From: a virus
Lineage: Duplodnaviria > Caudoviricetes
IMG/VR virus record: IMGVR_UViG_3300033067_002210
Span: 1-45,279 of that record
Length of the DNA stretch: 45,279 bases
Direction: 5' to 3' (one strand)
Below, one piece after another: positions 17,087 to 26,128 of this stretch. Below the pieces are notes generated by a model. The model was not told the origin of the DNA. It did not search any database and saw only the letters and a program-made list of their open reading frames with translations. Position 1 is the stretch's first letter, and each line of letters starts with the position of its first letter. The translations under genes were made by a program, and so were the position numbers.

Positions 17087-17950
17087 ATGGGTTGTTCAGC
17101 TTCGGATTTGGCATCCGCTTCACCTAGAATTTCGGCTCGTAGCGGTCAAGTTGTAGACTTGAACGTGGACTTTTATCGAAATGGGGTATTGACCAATCCC
17201 TATGCCATCAGATATGTCGAAATCTATAAGACGCAAGTTCTCCCGCACAATCTCGTAGCAACTATTCCGATCTCGGAATTGGACAATATTTTATATCCAG
17301 CTCCACTGTGTCAAGAAGAGGACACATCAGTAGGGAATTGCGGGACAGAATCTTCTTCGGGAGTGATAGAGGGGAAATATCACCTATTATATGCATTCCC
17401 AGTAGATTTCACAGTTCCCGATGTGTACTTCGATGTTTGGTACTATTTTCCAGAGAACCCGTGCGGTGCTTTGGGTACGGATGTGACAACATGTGATCTG
17501 GATGATCCGGCATACGCCAGTTTACTGCAGAAATGCTGCCACCGTTTTTGGGCATACCCTGACGACTGGTTCTGCAACGATAAGTTGCAAACGGTCAGGT
17601 TCGGGTTTGAGCCTCTGGACCAAAAGTTCTATCAGCCGGAAAATCGTCCTCTGGAAGTGGGATTGATGCCGCTTCCGCTATATGACTATAATTTCAATTT
17701 GGTTCATCCGCTGATTCCTTTCATTCGACCGACTATTACTGTCGAGACGTTTCGCAGGGAGCTGTTGGTGGATAAAGCTCCGTGCCGTATCGGAGTGAGG
17801 CAAGGTTCCTTCAAGGCGAATCCGTTTGTGATTCAATATGATTTGGACACAACGGCGTTTTTGTTTGGGACGTACACATACTATATTACTCTGACTCTTC
17901 CCGATGGAAGTACTAGGGTCAGTAGAAAATTCATCTTTACGGTTGCGTAA
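17087..17950 (+). CDS. Cys-rich hypothetical protein, probably structural
   Basis: GGAGG SD, CAAACATA motif at 17061; beta-rich composition. Confidence 0.7.
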   Translation: MGCSASDLASASPRISARSGQVVDLNVDFYRNGVLTNPYAIRYVEIYKTQVLPHNLVATIPISELDNILYPAPLCQEEDTSVGNCGTESSSGVIEGKYHLLYAFPVDFTVPDVYFDVWYYFPENPCGALGTDVTTCDLDDPAYASLLQKCCHRFWAYPDDWFCNDKLQTVRFGFEPLDQKFYQPENRPLEVGLMPLPLYDYNFNLVHPLIPFIRPTITVETFRRELLVDKAPCRIGVRQGSFKANPFVIQYDLDTTAFLFGTYTYYITLTLPDGSTRVSRKFIFTVA

Positions 17951-18258
17951 TGCATACTACAGATCCGCACCGTACAGTCCCAGCCACGATCCAGACTGGC
18001 GAGTGGCGATATGCCAGTAAGGAGAACGTACCTGGGATATGTGAGCCAAAAGAATCACAGTTGAAGTTCGCCTGCCCCGGTTGTGGTCAGTTATTAATAA
18101 TTCCTATCGGGCAGGCTATAAGCGATCCTAGACATTGGGATATTATTGAAGGGTCTGGGTTAGATCCGACTTCATTATCGCTTATGCCCAGTATCGCCAA
18201 TAGCTGTTGTGGTTGGCACGGGTATTTAAAAGAAGGTGTTTTTAAGTCGTGCGATTGA
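17950..18258 (+). CDS. DUF6527-like Cys/His metal-binding protein
   Basis: FACPGCG...W...LSLMPSI...CGWHGYLKEG. Confidence 0.6.
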   Translation: MHTTDPHRTVPATIQTGEWRYASKENVPGICEPKESQLKFACPGCGQLLIIPIGQAISDPRHWDIIEGSGLDPTSLSLMPSIANSCCGWHGYLKEGVFKSCD

Positions 18259-18267
18259 TGGTGCACT

Positions 18268-18492
18268 ATGAGCAGGCAAAAGACTGAAGTCATTACATGT
18301 GATATATGTGGGTCCAATATTCCTAGCACTAGCCGCGATATACTAGCTGTGATTGGTAGTCGCGATTGTTGTCGGGAGTGCACGCAAAAAGTATTCCTAG
18401 AAGCTGAGGAAGCATATCGCCTCATGTATCATGGGGAAGTTCGTAGTAGGCGTGGTGGGTGGCGGCAGCTTGGCGATTTTGGTGATACATGA
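18268..18492 (+). CDS. small zinc-finger protein
   Basis: TCDICG...DCCREC. Confidence 0.6.
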   Translation: MSRQKTEVITCDICGSNIPSTSRDILAVIGSRDCCRECTQKVFLEAEEAYRLMYHGEVRSRRGGWRQLGDFGDT

Positions 18493-18727
18493 GTTGGCGA
18501 CATTTAAGCGATAATGATTTCGTGGCCAGACGATTACATTCGTGCTGGATATGTGGTGGACCAATTCCTGTCCAGACAAAGTATGTCAAACGTGTTGGGA
18601 TGGTGATTTCATAGCCATGCGCATGCATGTCGAATGTGAAAATATGTCTAGAAGCTGGGAACAGGACGATTGGGAAACATTTGAAATAGGCAGTTTAGAG
18701 AGACCGACCGATGCCCTACCACGTTAA
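18489..18727 (+). pseudogene. frameshifted small zinc-finger gene
   Basis: ATG 18489 gives ARRLHSCWICGGPI..YVKRVG then stop at 18612; the apparent continuation DGDFIAMRMHVEC is in the -1 frame. Confidence 0.6.
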
Positions 18728-18902
18728 GAAATCTGGTTCTGGCTATAAAGTCACCAGTGCCAAGCACCCCAACGGCTTTAGCAAAAAGCCGATGAGCAAG
18801 AAGCGGGCCAAGAAGCAGCAGGCCGCCATCTATGCCAATACCCATGGAGAAGCGTTTAATAGGCGGTTGGACAAGGCTTTTGAGATTCTCGAAAGCTTGT
18901 AA
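18711..18902 (+). CDS. small basic protein, putative internal head protein
   Basis: MPYHVKKSGSGYKV...SKKRAKKQQAAIYAN, tail EAFNRRLDKAF. Confidence 0.7.
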   Translation: MPYHVKKSGSGYKVTSAKHPNGFSKKPMSKKRAKKQQAAIYANTHGEAFNRRLDKAFEILESL

Positions 18903-19255
18903 TGCCGGGATCTCTCGGAGCACTGGTACTCGTCTATCTTGTTATTATGATTGTCGGTTGGATTATATGTTCCTCGTCTAGAAATTCTGTATCGCCTATG
19001 GATGTTTGTCTCCGCAGAAGGTGGACATTTTGGAATCTTATTATTGTAGTGTTATGTATACGATATATGATATGGGGATTTTACCAACTTTATCCTGATT
19101 CTGCTGTTGGTTTTAATTCGATCATATTTATGATCACCTCTCCATTGTTATGTGCCCTTATACAAATGAATCTGTTTTTTGTTTCGTCCGGATTCGATCT
19201 GGAATCCGAGAGTAAATGGGCTTATATCAATTGCGTCCGTCAGTGGTCACAATGA
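18902..19255 (+). CDS. membrane protein with about 3 TM helices
   Basis: three hydrophobic segments; TAATG coupling. Confidence 0.6.
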   Translation: MPGSLGALVLVYLVIMIVGWIICSSSRNSVSPMDVCLRRRWTFWNLIIVVLCIRYMIWGFYQLYPDSAVGFNSIIFMITSPLLCALIQMNLFFVSSGFDLESESKWAYINCVRQWSQ

Positions 19256-19680
19256 AGATCTCAAAAGAACAAACTAAATGGACATTGGCCAGACAATATC
19301 CAGATTGGTTTGAAGACGTCGAACTGATGACGAGAAAGCCGGTAGTCAGAATAAACCAGCATGCGATGTTCAAACCATGTGAAATTATTCACATGATCGC
19401 AGTGCATATTAGCAAAAAGATTCCTAGATATTGCTTAGAAGCTCATGATATGGCTATTACGGCATCGCCGAGCGATGACGATTATTATAGGTATACCGAT
19501 ACATATTTCTCAATACAACTTGTCGATGATACTATTGAATTCGTCAGAAATAATGATGCTAACGATTATGATTATGAACAAACTGTGCTCTTTAGTTTTA
19601 GCATTTATGATCCTAACATCGATCTATACGAGAAGCTGGCCGACATTGTTGGCGTATTAGAAAAGTATCATGCCATATGA
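19252..19680 (+). CDS. LxDP-family protein (copy 7, divergent)
   Basis: ATGA overlap at 19252; FSFSIYDPNIDLYEKLADIV. Confidence 0.6.
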   Translation: MKISKEQTKWTLARQYPDWFEDVELMTRKPVVRINQHAMFKPCEIIHMIAVHISKKIPRYCLEAHDMAITASPSDDDYYRYTDTYFSIQLVDDTIEFVRNNDANDYDYEQTVLFSFSIYDPNIDLYEKLADIVGVLEKYHAI

Positions 19681-20809
19681 CTTAGAAGCCTTTCGCCAAA
19701 ATGCCAGTGGTGCTCGCAAGAAGATCCCGCCGAAGGCGATTATAGCATGGATCGAAAAGAACTTCGAGTATAAAACTCGCAAAAACGATTCCGAATATCT
19801 GATAAACAATCCCTTTAGTGGTGATACGAATTTCAAGTTCAATATCAACCCAGAATCTGGTTTAGCTCACTGTTGGACGGACGGCGATACATGGGCTGGT
19901 CCAGTTAATCCTGTTACCGGGAAGCGTAATTGTTCATTTCTGCAGTTCGTTAAGCTGTATAGAAAGTGTTCATACTTAGAGGCTGTTCTTGACGTCTTGG
20001 GGACCGGAGGAGACGCGGCATCGTATCTGCGGCCCGAAAGGCGTACCGATGGCGAGACGGCCCAGAGAACGATCGCGGTGGCCCTTCCTGACGGTGTCGA
20101 ACCGCTCCTGCCGAAATGCGGGGTCGACATCCAAGCTTCGATATTAGCCAACTGGCTAGAATCTAGAGGCTATACAACTGAACAAATTGGCAAATCCGAC
20201 ATCCACTATTCTGGGCTAGACATATACTGGCCATATTATGAATTCGACTCCCTAGTATATTGGCAAAGCCGCAATCGGGTGAACAAAATCTTCCGATTCC
20301 CAGACACCACCGTGCGGGACGATGAAGGAAACATCATCGGCATCACAGAAGGCAGCAAGACCGATTTCTGGTACGGCTTTGATGCTGTGGAACCAGCCAC
20401 ATACGTGACAATAACCGAATCGATATTTGGGCAAAATACACTAGGCGAACAGGCTCTGGCGTCGGGTGGGGCCATCTTTGGAGATCCACAGATTCAGAAG
20501 CTGCGGATTTTGGGGCCTAAGAAAGGTGTCATCTTAGCACCGGACAACGATAAAGCTGGTATCCTTAGCATATTGACCAACGCCCCCAAGCTCCAGGCTA
20601 TTGGTTTTAAGGTCTTATATTCAATCCCGCCGAAACTACCGTATAAGACTGGCGACGGCGAGACGAAATTCGTGAAAGATTGGAACGAGCTGGTTCAGAA
20701 GTGTAAGATGTCGCTATCCGAAGCTAGACGAATTCACGATGACTTAATACGACCAATGAATCCCCGCGAAGTTTTCAAGCTGCGTGGAATGATCAAATCT
20801 GGAAGGTAG
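19670..20809 (+). CDS. DNA primase-like protein (gp61/DnaG-type, degenerate motifs)
   Basis: NPF..D..KFNIN..HCW, WLESRG, YWQSR, VTITESIF, ILAPDNDKAG, KDWNE. Confidence 0.8.
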   Translation: MPYDLEAFRQNASGARKKIPPKAIIAWIEKNFEYKTRKNDSEYLINNPFSGDTNFKFNINPESGLAHCWTDGDTWAGPVNPVTGKRNCSFLQFVKLYRKCSYLEAVLDVLGTGGDAASYLRPERRTDGETAQRTIAVALPDGVEPLLPKCGVDIQASILANWLESRGYTTEQIGKSDIHYSGLDIYWPYYEFDSLVYWQSRNRVNKIFRFPDTTVRDDEGNIIGITEGSKTDFWYGFDAVEPATYVTITESIFGQNTLGEQALASGGAIFGDPQIQKLRILGPKKGVILAPDNDKAGILSILTNAPKLQAIGFKVLYSIPPKLPYKTGDGETKFVKDWNELVQKCKMSLSEARRIHDDLIRPMNPREVFKLRGMIKSGR

Positions 20810-21410
20810 GGTCGGCCATATCTTGAAGAAAGCTGCCATCTGACAGTCGGCCTTTTAGGCAGTTGGCATTATATTTCTTTAATATTAGTGGGTGCTCAAA
20901 ATGCTTTTTGAATTCTGTGTACCATTCTAGTATAGTAGGATCTGTGAGAGTATTGCTCTCTGGAAATGTTGGGAATCTATTATAAAGTGCCTCGGCTCGC
21001 ATTGTTATTATGCTTTTGGCTTTACAAAAGTTGACGAATTTTTCATCAACACCTGGCATGCTTTCTATGAATTTTATAGCTTCGCTGAATATATTGATAT
21101 AATCTGTGATGATCCAAAAGTGATCTGGGCTAGACATGACTATAGCATGGCCTATTCCATAGGTATTCAGAGCAGTTTTAGCGGCCAGCATTTCTGGGAT
21201 ACCATCACAATCAAGTACGGCTATGAATTTGGCTCTGTATTTTGCGAGCCACGATAGGTACCACACCCCACGGTCTACTATCGTCGATACCAATGAATAT
21301 GGTGAGGTTATTAGGGTGTTGAAGAACTTATTCTTGGAGACTCTTTTGAGATGTTGTTTGATGCCGTATCCATCGTGATAGTCAACACTGATACGATAAT
21401 CTAAATCCAT
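20793..21410 (-). CDS. hypothetical protein, possibly AEP (primase-polymerase) fold
   Basis: IAVLDCD, VMSSPDHFWI, PGVD. Confidence 0.5.
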   Translation of the reverse strand: MDLDYRISVDYHDGYGIKQHLKRVSKNKFFNTLITSPYSLVSTIVDRGVWYLSWLAKYRAKFIAVLDCDGIPEMLAAKTALNTYGIGHAIVMSSPDHFWIITDYINIFSEAIKFIESMPGVDEKFVNFCKAKSIITMRAEALYNRFPTFPESNTLTDPTILEWYTEFKKHFEHPLILKKYNANCLKGRLSDGSFLQDMADPTFQI

Positions 21411-21712
21411 CTGCGGAGTTCGCTTTCTAATTTTTGCAGTGCTATCGGATCAGCCAAGTAAATGTCTGTTATTTTCACGGCTGATGCGCCATTGGAGCTG
21501 GCCTGATGAGTGAAGCCCTGATAATTGATATGAGTTATCTGCAATTTATTAGCTTCATTTTTATAGAACACCCACATATGTTGTTCGCTTTGTCCATTTT
21601 GTTTCAGTCTAATATTTATGAACGTAGGCTTTATACCTTCTCCCACTTTTAATTCTGATGGTATGCCACACCTATTTAAATAGTCGGCTATCGGCATTAG
21701 TATATTATCCAT
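21401..21712 (-). CDS. LxDP-family small protein (copy 8)
   Basis: ILMPIADYLNRCGI...IYLADPIALQKLESEL. Confidence 0.75.
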   Translation of the reverse strand: MDNILMPIADYLNRCGIPSELKVGEGIKPTFINIRLKQNGQSEQHMWVFYKNEANKLQITHINYQGFTHQASSNGASAVKITDIYLADPIALQKLESELRRWI

Positions 21713-22316
21713 ACACGCGGCCCAGAACCTCGCCGATCTTTTCTACCAGCTTGTAAACGGCGTCGGTTTTTTCGATGGGCTTGAAGAAAGGCTGGCCGGT
21801 AGAGCGTGAGACGACATTGCCATTGGAAATTGACTTGTACACCTTTTCGCCAGCGAAGATCATTGTGAATTCGGTCTCTCCGGCATATTCTTTCTTGGTG
21901 TCGATCTTCACCAATAGGCCGGGATTACAGTCGGGCTGTGACAGACGATCTTCGGTGATCTTGCGATAGCTGATTTCGGTGAGGTTTCCGTTGATCTGCT
22001 CCGGGTTGATATAAACTTCGATCCAGTTCATATCACCGACTTTGTTTTGTGTCCCTACGATGGCTGCCGCTAGGTTGGCTTTGTCGAAGTCCGGCTTCGA
22101 GCACACCCGGTATCCTTTGCGGGTTTTTTCTTGGAGTTTTTTGTTCACGTATCGCTGGGCGTCCCACTTGTCGCCAAAATGCTCGGTGGCTGATTGCCCT
22201 TTGGCTCCCAGACGGCCCCAGCGGGTGGTGACAGTGTGGGTAGTGTCATCTGTTTCGAAGGCGTAGAACTTGTTGTGCTCTTCTTCTTTGCAGATATAGT
22301 ATTCGTACTTAATCAT
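21705..22316 (-). CDS. WGR-domain protein
   Basis: HNKFY...VTTRWGRLGAKGQ...KKLQEKTRKGY; GGAG SD. Confidence 0.9.
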   Translation of the reverse strand: MIKYEYYICKEEEHNKFYAFETDDTTHTVTTRWGRLGAKGQSATEHFGDKWDAQRYVNKKLQEKTRKGYRVCSKPDFDKANLAAAIVGTQNKVGDMNWIEVYINPEQINGNLTEISYRKITEDRLSQPDCNPGLLVKIDTKKEYAGETEFTMIFAGEKVYKSISNGNVVSRSTGQPFFKPIEKTDAVYKLVEKIGEVLGRVYG

Positions 22317-22355
22317 GGTGTGCTCCGGTGTGTTATGATGTCCCGTTATACAATA

Positions 22356-22640
22356 CTATGGGATCGCACCGCGATTAACTATCTTGCTATTACTCTCATA
22401 TAATTGCCTATATCCGGTAGTATAGGCGTTAGGTGTATGGGTTCTAATCCATTCTACCTTCCGCCCCAAAGATAGTGTAGCTAATTTGTCCTTATGGGAA
22501 GATATGACGGACCTGTCGTGAGAATTGATGGCGGATGTCAAGATTCCGCAGATTTTGCCATCAGCAGTTCCCAGGTGCAGCAGCAGGACCACTTTAGCCT
22601 TTTTTGTGGCCGGTTTATACAGGATGTGAAGAATTTCCAT
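22356..22640 (-). CDS. hypothetical protein (94 aa)
   Basis: fills an otherwise empty ~290-nt gap; ATG at 22640 overlaps the ATG of the divergent hub gene. Confidence 0.5.
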   Translation of the reverse strand: MEILHILYKPATKKAKVVLLLHLGTADGKICGILTSAINSHDRSVISSHKDKLATLSLGRKVEWIRTHTPNAYTTGYRQLYESNSKIVNRGAIP

Positions 22641-23943
22641 GGCGAATACTCTATCGACTCCGGTCACTAAAGGTAAACCGCGTGCCAAGATTCTCTTCGA
22701 TGTCGGAGAGCTGGCTGGAACGGATTTTGGTGAGCATTTTAAGAAAATTGAGTTTCGAGCGATGGTGAATGGCGGGTATATTGTCCGCATTAAATTGTTT
22801 GACCCATCTTTCACGATTTTAAATACTTTGGTTGAAGAGGGGTATTTCAAGGAAGCTCGTATAAAACCAGTTCCAGTATATTTTCAATTATATTCCGAAT
22901 CTCCAGATTATCCAGAAACCGCCACCCGACTACAGGTGGCTATTCTGATTTCTATGAAAGCCAACGGAGCGGCGGCGGACAAGGCCGATCTGGAATTTAT
23001 TGCGATAGATCCGCCATCGTGGTTTTTGAATATCGGCGACGGGTCTGGAAAAGTGTACAAGGGGAGAGTAGATCAAGTCATCAAGCAAGTCGTCTCACAG
23101 TACGCCCCAGAAATCTCTTTGGAAATCGGCAAGACAACCGATTCGGCTGAGAACAAATGGGCTATGATGCGACAAGACCCTAAGTCCTTCATAGCTTCTA
23201 TGATGGATTGGTCATCGTCCGTCACCATGAAGAAGACACAATGGATTATAATGGCCGATGGATATAATTTAGAGATAAAGGAGCAAGGAGCGATACCTTC
23301 TACTCAACGGGCATATTATCGGTATTTGGAAGCCAAGGATCACGATAGTATCAAAAGTTGGGATTTCTTGTCAGATAATGCTTTATCAGCAGTTCAAACC
23401 AAGATTATTACTCAAGGCATATCAGCGGTCAGTGGACAATATTTGGATAGAATTACTGACGAAAAAGAGGAGAAGCTGTTTGCTAAGGATTCGCGAACGG
23501 CTAACAAACAAATTGCCAGAACTAAGTCTGATCAATCTTTTACCAAGCCAACTGATGAAGCAAGACCGACTACCGCTGGGTGGACTTCGGTGATGGCAGT
23601 GCCGGAAATATATTCGTCGGGCGATATCGGTTTACGCTATGATGAATATATTGATGGCCGCCCGCGTGCTCTGTGGTTGAACATGGTGAATGCCCTGCAG
23701 CGGGTGAAGCTGCGGGTCATTGGACACGGCATCTGGTCAGATTGCGAAGGTCTCGGCGTCGATACAATCTTCGTAAAATGGACGAAAGCTGAGAGCAGCG
23801 GCGACTCTCAGAGATATTGGTGGATGAGCGGAAACTGGTTGGTATATGGGTTCGAACATATTATGGACAAGGGGTCGTGGTACACGGACCTCTATTGTGC
23901 GAGAAGTGATTGGAATTCTAACGCTGTTAAAGTTGGTGGCTAA
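22639..23943 (+). CDS. baseplate hub protein (gp27/gpD-like)
   Basis: YKGRVDQVIKQV, C-terminal MSGNWLVYGFEHIM..WYTDLYCAR typical of contractile-tail hub proteins. Confidence 0.7.
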   Translation: MANTLSTPVTKGKPRAKILFDVGELAGTDFGEHFKKIEFRAMVNGGYIVRIKLFDPSFTILNTLVEEGYFKEARIKPVPVYFQLYSESPDYPETATRLQVAILISMKANGAAADKADLEFIAIDPPSWFLNIGDGSGKVYKGRVDQVIKQVVSQYAPEISLEIGKTTDSAENKWAMMRQDPKSFIASMMDWSSSVTMKKTQWIIMADGYNLEIKEQGAIPSTQRAYYRYLEAKDHDSIKSWDFLSDNALSAVQTKIITQGISAVSGQYLDRITDEKEEKLFAKDSRTANKQIARTKSDQSFTKPTDEARPTTAGWTSVMAVPEIYSSGDIGLRYDEYIDGRPRALWLNMVNALQRVKLRVIGHGIWSDCEGLGVDTIFVKWTKAESSGDSQRYWWMSGNWLVYGFEHIMDKGSWYTDLYCARSDWNSNAVKVGG

Positions 23944-24928
23944 GGTCATCATAGCTTTTGGCTTTGTCATTATGATGTACAAACCATTTATAATTATACA
24001 CAGAGTGTCGGCATGGACCAATAAATTTCAAAAATTCGTGGCGATCATTTAATGATGTGATGCTAATCATAGGATATGATTTATTAAGTTTTCTAATTTT
24101 ATACATATACAATCTAGAACGCACAGGCATTTTCGAGATTAGCATTTCTACGTCAGGAACTGTAAATCCGTTAGTGCATAGATATAAACTGTTTCTAGCA
24201 GAGCTTCCATCACCAACATACCACCAATAGCATGTTTCTGCCGTGAGAACTATGTCGTTAGGAATAACTTTTGCGCTGTTTGGATACCATTTGTGTCGTA
24301 AATTTAGGAATTCCTTGAATGCTATTGACTGGCTCCTCCACCGTTGGTACCATTTACTCGTTCTTTCATCATAAAATTTTATATTGTCTGGCTGTCTTTG
24401 GAACAACCGTGGCAATTCATAGCATAGACTACTTGGGACCATTTCATGCTTGCATGCGTAGCCTATACTTCCGGTATATTCATGCTCATTTATCCATCCG
24501 TCACCAAGTAGCATTCCATTTACTATTTCACTCTCCTTGGTAGTGAGATTTATAGATGGCTGACGTAACCCGACGTATTCTGATATACTTCTGGTTTCTA
24601 GATTATTTCTTGAGAAATATTGTTGGATTGTTGGATAAGTGGTCCCAACTTTGGTTGCTACTTCTTCCAGTGGCATTATTGAATATAGGTTTTTGATGTG
24701 AGTTAAGAATTCTGATTTATTATCAAAGCCAGCTTTCCTATGTAATTCGCTATGTGTTATGCTTTCTATTTTAAAATATTTAAATAATCTATGCATTGTC
24801 ATGTAGCTTATGGACAAACGTGAGCATATCGCACGTTTGTCTAAGCATTCGATATTATGTAGGCGTATTATTTCGTCTTGTAGAGATGCTTCAGACGCGA
24901 AGCCGTACTTTTTGTATTGAATAGCCAT
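23927..24928 (-). CDS. free-standing LAGLIDADG homing endonuclease with N-terminal HTH repeats
   Basis: IVNGMLLGDG, WYPN..KVIP, WWYVGDGS, LCTNGFT; GGAGAG SD before ATG 24928. Confidence 0.88.
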   Translation of the reverse strand: MAIQYKKYGFASEASLQDEIIRLHNIECLDKRAICSRLSISYMTMHRLFKYFKIESITHSELHRKAGFDNKSEFLTHIKNLYSIMPLEEVATKVGTTYPTIQQYFSRNNLETRSISEYVGLRQPSINLTTKESEIVNGMLLGDGWINEHEYTGSIGYACKHEMVPSSLCYELPRLFQRQPDNIKFYDERTSKWYQRWRSQSIAFKEFLNLRHKWYPNSAKVIPNDIVLTAETCYWWYVGDGSSARNSLYLCTNGFTVPDVEMLISKMPVRSRLYMYKIRKLNKSYPMISITSLNDRHEFLKFIGPCRHSVYNYKWFVHHNDKAKSYDDLSHQL

Positions 24929-24989
24929 TGTCTCTCCGTTTGCGTGGTACATTGATATGTACTGTTGCAATTTTGAGAGACGATATTGG

Positions 24990-25400
24990 CTAGAGCAGGA
25001 CTACTGCAAATCCTGTGCAGCTTTCTACCAGATTCTTCAGGCGATGCTGCTCTGGTGTCATGTCACGGAAGTCGTTTACGTCCTCGGTGAGGACACTGGC
25101 GATAGCCAACGCACGACTTTCGGATACTCCCAGACCGGACCCCTTGAGAATATAATTGCTCAAGAACATCTGGATGCTTTGAACGCCTCGCCGGGCGGAA
25201 TTTTGCAGATTCCGCATGAAGGTCTGGTAGTTCTGCTGGCTCATCCCTCTGCCGACCAGTGGTTCGACTACACTGATGGCCGCCTGCATGAGTTCGTCTG
25301 GGTCTTGAATTGTCATCAGCTGGCTGTAGGCTTCTTGCAACGCGCTGGTGGGGTTGCCTTGCTGCTGACTCAGATCGGTATGCGGGCGGCGTGGTGGCAT
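24990..25400 (-). CDS. hypothetical protein, possible internal head protein
   Basis: GC-rich codon usage; VSE and LTE possible prohead-protease sites. Confidence 0.65.
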   Translation of the reverse strand: MPPRRPHTDLSQQQGNPTSALQEAYSQLMTIQDPDELMQAAISVVEPLVGRGMSQQNYQTFMRNLQNSARRGVQSIQMFLSNYILKGSGLGVSESRALAIASVLTEDVNDFRDMTPEQHRLKNLVESCTGFAVVLL

Positions 25401-25666
25401 TATCTAAGTCCGATTTTGAATCCGTGGGGCTTTACAATTTCTATCCAAGATTTTTGCTTGGCTGACAATGGAATGTACCACGGGATGGTATCTTGGTCTT
25501 TTTCGACGGTTTTCAGGCCGACTGTGGCCAAGCAGACGTCCGTGAACATCGCTTTGTCTTTGGAGTTTTCTTTGATGAAGGCTATGGCTGCGCTGCGCAC
25601 TTCCCGCTCTTTGTGGTAGTAGTACAGGTTGAGAAAAGCGTAGTACAGTATTTTGAAGATGATCAC
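25400..25666 (-). CDS. hypothetical protein
   Basis: TAATG coupling within a minus-strand run. Confidence 0.5.
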   Translation of the reverse strand: MIIFKILYYAFLNLYYYHKEREVRSAAIAFIKENSKDKAMFTDVCLATVGLKTVEKDQDTIPWYIPLSAKQKSWIEIVKPHGFKIGLR

Positions 25667-25668
25667 TG

Positions 25669-26037
25669 TTATTTTCTAAAGATGGTGTTGGTTATGGCTA
25701 GCCCACCCATAATACCTAGGAATGCTGCACAGGCTTCATCGATCAGGCTGATTTTGGGATGCAGTCTTCCGGCTTTTCGGAGCTGCTGTGTTCTATATAT
25801 GAAGCATCGGCGCTTGATGTAGTAATCGTTGCTGCGAATACCTGGGGGAGATAGCTCTATCTCAGCATTGATCTCGTGCCGGATTTCTTCGAGTTCGTCA
25901 TATTCCATCGCGAGGATGGTATGTACTAGTGTATCCTCTCTGGAGTTGTTTATCCAGTAGTTAATACCATGGTGGTAATACTTGTGTTGGAAGCTCATGG
26001 CGGTGCCATATATGGGGTTTCTGTATGTTTGTGACAA
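25669..26037 (-). CDS. hypothetical protein with C-terminal hydrophobic segment
   Basis: ORF in the minus-strand run; start uncertain. Confidence 0.5.
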   Translation of the reverse strand: MSQTYRNPIYGTAMSFQHKYYHHGINYWINNSREDTLVHTILAMEYDELEEIRHEINAEIELSPPGIRSNDYYIKRRCFIYRTQQLRKAGRLHPKISLIDEACAAFLGIMGGLAITNTIFRK

Positions 26038-26128
26038 TCCATAATTTTCTGTAAATACATCTCTTCAATGCTGATACATATGGTGATTACTTATATAACC
26101 AAAGATATGATATCTTTTGGGAGATGCT

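Noticed and set aside
18902-19255. Holin
   Set aside because: Three TM segments are compatible, but no endolysin is adjacent and there is no diagnostic feature
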